Shown: piece after piece, positions 54,245-64,000 of the stretch
Layout: each line of letters opens with the position of its first letter
How positions within the stretch are numbered: the first letter of the stretch is position 1
Assembly (NCBI GenBank): GCA_964304625.1
Contig: OZ199839.1
Span: forward strand, 8,075,885 to 8,139,884
DNA: 64,000 nt
Source of the DNA: Kudoa neothunni
Lineage: Eukaryota > Animalia > Cnidaria
Reading direction: 5' to 3'
The notes under the pieces: model-generated
Seen by the model: the letters and a program-made list of their open reading frames with translations, nothing else
What the model was told of the DNA's origin: nothing
The model's database searches: none
Position numbers and translations under genes: made by a program

Positions 54245-56572
54245 CCCATTCCTGGTCCAATAATTTAAATTTCCTTAAAATTGGAAATATTCGTTTAAAA
54301 TAATCTTTTAATTGTCGTGTTAAAGTATTATTAATTAAAAATTAAATTTTTATAGGAAAACGGTAAAATTACCAAAAGGCCGTAAAGGGAACGAAAGCCC
54401 ACAGGCGTTAGATTTTCTGAATAAACGTTGTGTCACAAAACGTGCGAAAAAATAAACGGTTTCATATCGATAAGAGAGCAAATTATTGTTGATTATGAAA
54501 ATCTATCGAACATTTAGCACGAATATAATTTTGATAATCTTGACGAAAGTAGATGGTCTTCTTTTTTATATGCAACACATCTTCGTCTCGTTTTCTCAGC
54601 ATTAATACTCATCATAGGTCGACTACACACTGACGCAGCATGAGTATTTACGATGGATGATCGAGGGGTTTTTTTTCAGAATCATCTATATTGATTCAAA
54701 TTAGCTGCGATGTATCTAACGTTATTTAATAAGATGATTTTTTCTTGTCATTGGTAATTAAACATTCTTCATGAATTAACTGCTGCGAGTGATATCATAG
54801 TAGTAAAAAGAGACCAATACCAATTTTTCAAGCGAATTCATATTCTGTAGCAAGATAAGGAATTGTCTACGGTATAAACGCCACCCATATACTTGTACGT
54901 ACGACAAATTTGAGGCTTGCACGATCGATACACGGCGCCTTTTTGTTCAGCAGAAACGCTTCACATTTTGGGATTGTTTCAACAGTAAGCGAGTTACTAA
55001 GAAGAGTAACAGGATTCGTATCTTTCCATTGACTACAGTTGATTCAGTTTATAGAATATTTTAAATATTCATGATAGCCTCGGTGGTTTTTACTTATTAA
55101 TTACGGAGTCATCAAGGGACGGTTCGACGTTCGGTTCAACCTCACTGTTCCAGTAGCATTAACACCTCTTCTATTCAATTCAACCAATTATTTGTAAGAG
55201 ATGTAGAAATTGTCGAAGCAGACATGGGAAATACCTCTATCCTTTAGCTCATCGACAAAAATTTAGTACGAAGCTTCCACCTAGGCCAAAATTTTTGTTG
55301 TATATTTCAGTCTTACCTGTGTATACACTAAAACTATTCACATATTCATCAGAAGATGCCAAACCCACTGCTTGAAACCGAAACGGATGGGTTTTCCATT
55401 TATTTACATTTTTCAGGAATGGTGACCAGTATATGGAACCATCTGTTCATCAACAGACAAATTGTCGTGGAAATATCCAAATTTTCGTTCAATTTTCGAA
55501 TTATTGGACTTGAACAGCTTATCGTCTGTATCGTGTTTTGAATTATAATTAAAGTGGAGATGTCGTTTTATCAACTAGAATCTTTTATAGGTCATCAAAC
55601 CATTTTACGATTTCAACCCCCAGAATCCATTGAAGTTCCCAATACATATGTTGCCGAGATAATCGATTGTAGCTCGATAATAATAAAATACTAATAAAAA
55701 ATTGAAGTTCTTTTATGGTTAAGTGAAACGTGTGATCATTCTTTTGTTGTGCGTAATTATATGTCTCTAACAATATGTAAGAGCAAATTTTCATCGAAAA
55801 ATTTTAAGAATGTTTCGTAGGATTCATATCTAATGACTGAGTCATCGTGCATAATAGTATATTATTTTGAGGACTGGTAGGCATTCAGTGGTAATTACAG
55901 ATGAATCATCTGATTGAGATATTTTACACTATGTGGCACAAATATTATCATTTAATGGTTCATTATGAATATACGAGAAAGTTCTATTGCACCGCATATT
56001 TCTGGGACGGTTCTAATGTCAGTGTTGTCACAATCTCTTGAAATAAAGGGACCTTCTTCATCAGCCAAAATATCAACATTATCTGGAGGTAACGTCACCA
56101 TATCAATTGGGTTTAGAAAACCATCATCATTTTAATTATCATGGACGACATCAATTAAATTTGTGTATCTCATTATAACGTTGTATGTACAAAGCAAAGT
56201 GACAGATTATTTGAAATTTTGCACGATGGTGGTTCTTCGTTCCTTTTTCGGCACTGCACTATATTGCTTATGTTTCTTTCCCCCAATGACGATTTGACAA
56301 ATTTTGAAACAATATCATTTATCTAATCTTTTTGAATTATAAATTTTCTATTTTTAAGTAATTAGTCTTCTTTTTCTACCCCAGTATACCATAATTATTG
56401 TATAGTACGTAATCTCGAAAGATACAAATTTATAATTGGATCTTAATTTTTAATTACATTCCTAATGGATAATTACGTGATATATACTGAAATAATACTC
56501 ATCGACGAATTATTACCATTCTTAGAGAGACAACAATGAGGGGCTGAAAAGGGGATGAAAACCCGGAATGGG
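54245..56572 (-). mobile_element. piggyBac transposon, heavily decayed
   Basis: TTAA-CCCATTCC ... GGAATGGG-TTAA. Fragments FDNFY, QWKD and YMGGV, plus ORF 55585-55794 (LLLSSYNRL..YW). Confidence 0.85.
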
Positions 56573-56578
56573 TTAAGG

Positions 56579-57953
56579 CAGAGGTTCTCAACCATTTTTT
56601 TCAAATTTACCCCTTGAGTCTGATGAAAAATCGAAAATTACCCCCTAACTTGAAAGCCAAATTCATATTTACCTTAAAGCTGAGTTTCTCAACATGAGTT
56701 CCACGCCCTACCGGTGGGACGTGAAAAAATTTTGATGTGGCATCGAAATTTTTGAATGTTTAATGAAGCACTCTGGCGAAACGCGGAAAATCCTGAGTAT
56801 TGGTGTGACATGGATAGTGGTGAGATAATTTGGCAGTATGACGTACTTTAAAGCCAATATCGCGATTTTCGATATTGCTGATTATTGAGTGGCGATTAAT
56901 ATCATAAAAAATTATGAAATACAATGATCAATTATATACAAATGAATAATAATATTTAAAGTTCCCTTATCCGAATAGAATCAGAACGGTTTACACCTTA
57001 ATCTTGTCTCATTTAGAATCATATATCCATTTTTTTTATTAAACCTAATATAATATTGATTGATTTTGTATTTATACTATTTATTTTCGGCTCATTAGCT
57101 CTGTATACACCAAAGTATTTCTTAATGAAGGTTGGATTTCCACGAGTCTCACTTGATGCTGTTTTGGACGGAATGAGCAACTAAAGATGTTAATGCATTA
57201 GGTCCATCGATAAATCAACTCATATATGATCGAATACATTTTAATGTTAATGAGAAAAGATGTGTAAATATTAATTTCTTTCAAATTTTAATGTGATTGG
57301 AAGTTTTATTCAAAATTATCGTCAGTTTAAGTAAAAAATCAATACTTTTTGAAAGAGATTAGATGCTTAACTTCTTTTTAAGAAGTGGGGGCGCGATAAA
57401 AAAATTGAGAAACGCCGCCTTGAGGTTTTGTACTCGTTCAGATACAACAGAGTTTATTTGAGGGGTAAATTCTGGTCCTAAAAAACACGTATGCTTGCAT
57501 AATGACAATTTTTAATCCCATCAACTCACCCACAATCTGTATACAGATTTTATTCTTTAGATATTGCTAAATCAAATTAATTATTCCCCAATCCTTCGCT
57601 CTTACGGACTAGAAATAATTAAAAATAGTCAAAACTAACGACACATGAATATTATTTATCATGAGAATAGTCAATTTAAGTATTATTATTAAGCTACACC
57701 ACTAAAAGATAAACGAGGCGTTAAAAAGGACTGGGAATAATTTTATAAATAAATGTTAAGAACTTATTCCTAAAAAATAATTAAGAATTTTTTTCCCAAT
57801 TCTTATTGAGTTTAATTTCCCTGAATAATATAATTCGTGAGAAGTCTGGAAATACGTCACAAATCCATAATGCAAAAATTCACCCTGCCTAATTTTGATG
57901 TTATTTAATTTACTCCCTCTCATTTAAATTTTACCCCCGGTTGAGATCCCCTG
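56579..57953. mobile_element. non-autonomous hAT element with a second hAT-like element nested at about 56680-57417
   Basis: Outer TIRs CAGAGGTTCTCAACC / GGTTGAGATCCCCTG with TSD GGTTAAGG/GGTTAACG. Inner TIRs ..GTTTCTCAA / TTGAGAAACG.. with a 6/8 TSD. Confidence 0.75.
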
Positions 57954-58259
57954 GGTTAACGGATATCAGGATTTGAAACTAATAGTGAGATAAAATAACA
58001 CATCCAAAATCGTTGATTATTACAATTAAAAAAAGTATTAATATAATGAAAAAATAATATTAATTTTCCTTATTAAAAAATATAGAATAAAGAGAGAAAT
58101 ACAATCTCCGAATAAATAAATTTGCAGGTAACTAAATAATTATACATCTAAAAGTAAGTAATGAAGAAATATGATTGATAACTAATACGTATGATATAAT
58201 ATTAATCCTGTCTCTAAATCGAACATCAATTTGTGAAAGAATTCTTCATAAATAAAAAT

Positions 58260-61180
58260 CTAGTTTTTATTTTTCCAATATCCGAAATAGAATCCCACAC
58301 CAACAACAATGATGAGAACTGGAACCACTACAGCAATAATTCTAAAATAATTGATTAACAAGATATCTCTATCAATAAGTACATTGTATTTTTCGACCTA
58401 AAATAAATTAATAAATAAGAACTCAACAATTTTATTTTACATGGATTTGTTTGATTCGTCATCTAATCAAAATATCAGAAATAATGACCAATAATATTTA
58501 ATCAATTACCTTTCTGGATCTCGACAAAACCAGAGATATTGTTATTGGTACTATGATACAACATCAAACGGTAATTGTTGGTATTATCCACATTTGAAAT
58601 TGAAAATTCCTTGCATGATGAAAAGCTGAACAACCTTGTTCACCAGTTGTCATGCATTTTTGGACGATTGGTTTGGTTGGATCATCCCAATTTTTCAATT
58701 CCCATTTGCATAACGACTGCTCATCAACGCCTGTAGGAAGAGAAGTTTTAACTTTTATGTTTTCGCCTTCTCTTGTAAACACCACAATTAATTTGATTGG
58801 ATTATTAGTGGCGGTAGGTTGTGGATCTAAATTAAAATTTAGTATAACTGGAATTAAATGAACATATTTTTAATAATTTTAAAAATTTAATTAAAATATA
58901 AAAGATATGAATTTAGAATTAGATGTTTTATTACTTATGGGTACTTTGATGGTAGTTTCTGCAGATCTACCGACGGCGGTAACTAAAACTTCATATTCCT
59001 TGTCTGCTTCGTATCCTTCACTGAATATAAAATCAGTGCATAATGGCGGTTGTGCGCATGGAGTGATCTCGGTTTTTTTATTTGAAGGTGGCAGACCTTG
59101 TGGTTGATGTCCATTAGTTGGCCCTAGATATCGCTATTTTAGAAGGTTTAGATGCTGCAGAGGGTGTCCCAATCTTTGTTGTAGAAGCCAATGGTGGGCA
59201 TTGGTAGACCAACTCGTATTCATTCCCTTTTTTTACGTTTACTTTATAGTGACAAACAGCTGTAGAATATGGTGTTGACAGTACACCTATCACCTTAAAG
59301 CCTTTGTCTTTAAATTCCGATTTTAGTGTGAGCGTTGAAAATGCTTAAAAGAAAATTAATTATATAATTCGAGGTCAATTATTTATTTACTCGTTGTAAT
59401 TTTGTGTTTTTTTTCTCCATAATCCTCATGTGCAACTACCTTATAGATCATATTCAGTTCCGGGCATTAACCCAATAATTTTTTGAGAATCCTTGCAAAA
59501 ACCCCTGCAAGGATAACTATCTTCGCACATGGCCACACACATATACATCCTTTCCATGAGGGCTTATATAGTAAGCACAAGTCTTGTCTTGTTGCGTTGA
59601 GTGTTTCGCTATTATCTATTGCTCTAATTGATGCAATTGTATCCGTTACTGTTGGATTTGTTTCAGAAAAGGTGGATTCAGGGTTTTTAGCTATATATTT
59701 ATTTTATAATTATTTCTTTTTATTATATTACCTGTTCGAAAGAATATATGTTCTTTGAAGTCTTTAAGAACACCATTGGTGTTGGTTGCTGCAATTTCAA
59801 GAATATATGGTTTTCCATTAGAAAGCTCTGTAATCGTTGTTAGCAGTGCATCCTTCTCCGCATCCTCCACTGGTTCTCCCACATTTCACATCTTCAGGAG
59901 AAGTTGGTTTAGGTTTATCTGCTTCGTAATACTTTACCGTACATCCATCAAATTTATGATCCTTCTCTGGCTTGAACAACAGAACATTTAATGTAACACC
60001 AGTAGGTGTGTCGTGTTGACAATAAGGTAGAATCAGCAGGTTCCGTGATAACTATAAGAAGGTTACAAATAAGTAAATATCCATGAAATACCAAATTTTT
60101 TCTGAATATACCCAGGATACGCAGCGCTATTGATGGTCATTTGGTACGTGTCTAGTTTGAATCAATATTTCAACAACAGACTTGGATGCTGTGAATTCAA
60201 GTTCAACATTATTACATGGCGCATAACATATATTTGTTGAACCACACTTGGATGAGTAGACATTGTTAGCGCCAGTCGTTGGTACTTCTCTTATACTGAA
60301 AAGACACATTTCAAATGGAAATTTGTTTGTAAACTTTAGCATATATTTTGTTGTAGCACTCGAAGTTGAGGTCACGTAATATTGTGGTTGATAAATATCA
60401 ATGTTTAGTAGAGTAAATTTATTTTGCAGTTTGTAAAAGAAACTAGGATATTTATCACATTCATTTCATACTGTGGAATCATCAAATTAAACTCCAATTC
60501 ACTTTCAATATTTTCGGTGCAACTTCCCCTATCTGTTCCCTCCTGGTATTTTACATCCTTGTAAAATATGGGACAGTTTACCGATTTACAAATTTTAGTG
60601 CTCAATTTCAGTTTTTGACCACTTTTTGCTATTGTAACTTGCGGATTGACCAATAATGCTAATAAAAATTTACTGAAAATATTAGATGCTTTATTTACGC
60701 AACTCTAATCCAAATACAGCTCCACCATTATTTTTATTTGAAGCGTTTGTTGCGTCATCATTTGTAAAGACAGCAATATACTTTGTGCTCGGAGAAAAAT
60801 TGTCAAGACCTAGTTTATTGGTGCTTTTTGAGCATGTCCAAACACACTTGCCACTAGCTCCGCCTCCTTCACTATCAGGACATGTAGTAATTTCAACAAG
60901 GTTTGTTTCATCGTCATTTGATATTTTGATATGACACTTTTTGATCCCCGAGATAGTCATTTCCATTTAATAATAAATTAACATTCAATCGGGTCGAATC
61001 TTTCACAAGTTTGTATGTTAAAGAGTTCTCAGTAGTAACTGGATTTTGAGTATCTCCCTGACCTCCTTGGGTGTATATAAGCAAATAAGGGGCTATAAGT
61101 TATTATTAATATGTCTTTGGAAATTGGATATATACATGACAATGAAGAACAAATTCCCAAAGGTAGACAAAAGCTTTCAT
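58260..61180 (-). pseudogene. A4: family A paralogue, frameshifted as given
   Basis: Full-length and collinear with A3 from MKAFVYLWEF to GFYFGYWKNKN*. Many 1-nt indels. Confidence 0.8.
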
Positions 61181-61918
61181 TATAATTTGTAAAAAAAAAC
61201 GATAGTTATCGTTAAATATGAAACTCAAAAATTTGATCGGATTATAATTCATATATATGAATTAATGTTCGCCTTAAACCCAATGAAGCATCAATTACAA
61301 ATATTCCGGAAATATTAATTCATCTTAACAAATATTTTGACGGATAGTAATTTGTTTTCCTGAATAATAATTCGAAGGAATATCACGGAAATTAGATACA
61401 TTATTTATAATCAGAAGGAAATCGACTTAAACATTATTCCACGCCACATATATCCGTTCACATACTTTCAATCAAAAATAAAAGAGAATGTGTGTTTTCC
61501 TTGGCATTGACAATTTATTTAAGTTATATAATCCTTTGTAAGATTTAAAATAAAGTTAAACAGGGTTTGAACATTTAAAACCATTTATTGCCATTTCTAA
61601 ATTATGGGATCCATTAGATTACAGAATAACTCAATTGTTGAACTCAGGAAATTTATTTCCTTACGAGGGTAAAATTGAACGTTTGTTCCAATGTTACTGA
61701 TAAAATGACTTAAAAACAATCTATTAAAATATTCATAAATGGGACACGGAAAATGTTGACCAATATCGCAATACCAACGTTTTTGGAAAGTCCAAGAAAA
61801 TTTTTTAAAACTGAATATTTCACTAATCCCTGAGGAATAATAATTATTTGACAGAGATTTCTGATGAATTTAAAAAATATTTAATTTGTTGGTATTGGTG
61901 AAAATTAACATAATAATT

Positions 61919-63420
61919 AGCGTTACCAACCCAAATTGGACATCCGGCTAAAAAAAGACAAATCAGAAAGTTTTTTTAAGAATCAAACGAATCTTTAATT
62001 AAATATATATGATATGTAAATTTATAATTGACTCAGAAATTTCAAAGTTATGACAAAACTTGGTCGATTTGTTGAAAAATTTCCTCATTCGAGTTCCATC
62101 TAATGTGGGACACAACATTCTATTTCTTTTAGTGATACCGTCTACCTAGAGACTACGTTATAACGTGTCTTGAAATAGAGGAATCGAAGTAAATCAGCTA
62201 TCTAATATGGCGTTTCTTATAGAGCCTAATATTGGCTTCATTTGATTCGACAATGTTACACTTTGAGATGAATTATCTATTGTAAGAATTCTAACTTTGG
62301 GAGTAGCAGTAGACACTCCCATCTTTAAAATATGAAACATGTTTGAATTCTTCATATTGAAAATTTTAATTGTCTTCTTTGCAGGCTATGAAAGTATGTA
62401 TCGCTAAAATACACATTTTCATCAAAATTCTCGGAGTAAATAATCACTTGTCGTATATTCCATAGGAATGCGGTATTTCAAAAACTTGGAATTGATACGT
62501 TAAGAAAAATTTTTAATTTGTAAATTTCATCTTTAAAAAATTTAAAGAAACTGGCATGTCATCTGCTTAATGTAATATATTTTTAGTAGTTCAATCATAC
62601 TATGTCTGACTTTTCTTTTACAAATAGGAAATAAAAATTTATGGTAATCTTAAATTAGATTTTTCATCCAAAAATGTAGGCTAATTTGTGCTCTAAACTA
62701 ACATAAATTGAGTTATTTGAAAATTCGGTTGGAATTATTATGTTTATTTGTAAAAAGTAATATATCATTTCATAGTTCATCTATAATATAGAGACACAAA
62801 ATTTTAAACTACATTTGAACATTTTTTCAAAATTGATTCCATATTTTTCTTGAACAATACCGTGTTTCCTTTTCGTCAGCGATAGTCCAGTTGGATTTAA
62901 AACCCACTCAAGTCTTTCACTGCGTAATTTTCTTTTCTAAATTTCATCTAGGCTGACAATTACATCATGTTCTTAATCTATTAAAAATGATTTTGTATCA
63001 GAGAAGATGTTATTTTCCGACAGAACGTATCACAATTTGAATCCGAAACTGACTTATTCTGAAGTTAACGAGAATGGATCGCTGCTATTGCAGTGTAAAA
63101 GGTTTTCAAAATTCATATCTGTCATTAATATTATAGAAAAGCAAAATATATAACAATGAAAGTAATTACTAAATCTTAGCTTAGCACAAGAAAAAGTTAT
63201 ATTTTATTAAATCGCGCGAGGTTAAATTGACCCAACGCCTGCTCTAGAAAGTTAAATAAAATATAAATTATTTAATATATTATCTTATTGCTAAGTTTTG
63301 TTAAATTAAGTAAAATATGCTTTATGTAGAATTTATTGTATTAATGTTTGTATATTCCTTGCATTGCGTTGAAGTTTTCGGGAGTGCTATTCCTAAGATT
63401 ATTTGGCTTAGTTTTTTTCG
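61919..63420 (-). mobile_element. decayed hAT element related to 6282-7417
   Basis: End TAGCGTTACCAAC. 61950-62130 is similar in inverted orientation to 7223-7400 and encodes TKRNRMLCPTLD. The same end is found at about 19252. Confidence 0.6.
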
Positions 63421-64000
63421 TAAACTGGACGTAGTAATATTTTGTTTATTTGGAAAAGATATGAACTTAAAGGCTATATTTTAATATATTTAAAAACATT
63501 AATTTCTGAATATATTGATTAATGCAACTAAAATTATGAGGAGGATAATAGTTTAACTATTAAAAATCCTAAAAAATCTATCAAAAATTTCAACATAAGT
63601 TTTAAACTGGAAATGGGTAGTATATTGAGCAGAATATTGATACGAATACTAGTAGTTATTCTCAAAATGTCAAAATATTATAAATATACGTATGACGAAA
63701 ATTCTCTTATGGCGGTGTATAAATGTATTGATACAATCAAGACATTTAAATGAAAAATTAAATAGTTAAACTATATCTGTTACAGTTTCCAATTATATAT
63801 TCTGGAAATTATTTCTAAATTCAAGGTAACAACCATAATTGGAGGCATTTTTCAGTTTGTTATATTTTGAATTTTTAGCTTAATTTGGATTTATAAGGAA
63901 ATATTTATACAGTCGAGATTGGTTATTGCGTGGATTTTTTGGGACCAGCAAAAACCACGCAATAAAAAGTTTTTACGCAATGTCCACTTTGTGTGTGCGC

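Noticed and set aside
2437-61180. Alternative genetic code, programmed frameshifting or non-canonical splicing to explain broken ORFs
   Set aside because: Four genes assemble fully with the standard code and GT-AG introns. The indels in the other copies are at unshared positions.

Overview
AT-rich eukaryotic DNA with very short GT-AG introns (mostly 37-50 nt). A compact-genome animal parasite such as a myxozoan is a plausible source, but that is inference only. The window holds a cluster of one superfamily of Cys-rich, FN3-like multidomain surface or secreted proteins, which I assembled by hand from the fragmented ORFs. Subfamily A has four copies: A1 + 2437-5293, A2 - 12984-15887, A3 - 34121-37029 and A4 - 58260-61180. 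The A protein has a signal peptide, 7 modules, two micro-exons, a TM helix and a WKNKN tail; only A3 is frameshift-free. Subfamily B has B1 + 24037-26045 (no TM), B2 + 27867-30128, B3 - 46254-48518 (inverted near-duplicate of B2) and a B1-like fragment at 49154-49481. The spaces between genes are filled with nested, decayed DNA transposons (piggyBac, pogo/Tigger, hAT, Merlin) and a tRNA-derived SINE. The main signal is that the A paralogues are fine-scale mosaics of each other: the closest partner switches every 30-200 nt, even within introns. Divergence also concentrates in loops of particular modules, while introns and membrane-proximal parts stay nearly constant. This looks like a recombination-diversified variant surface antigen locus, subject to excluding assembly chimerism.
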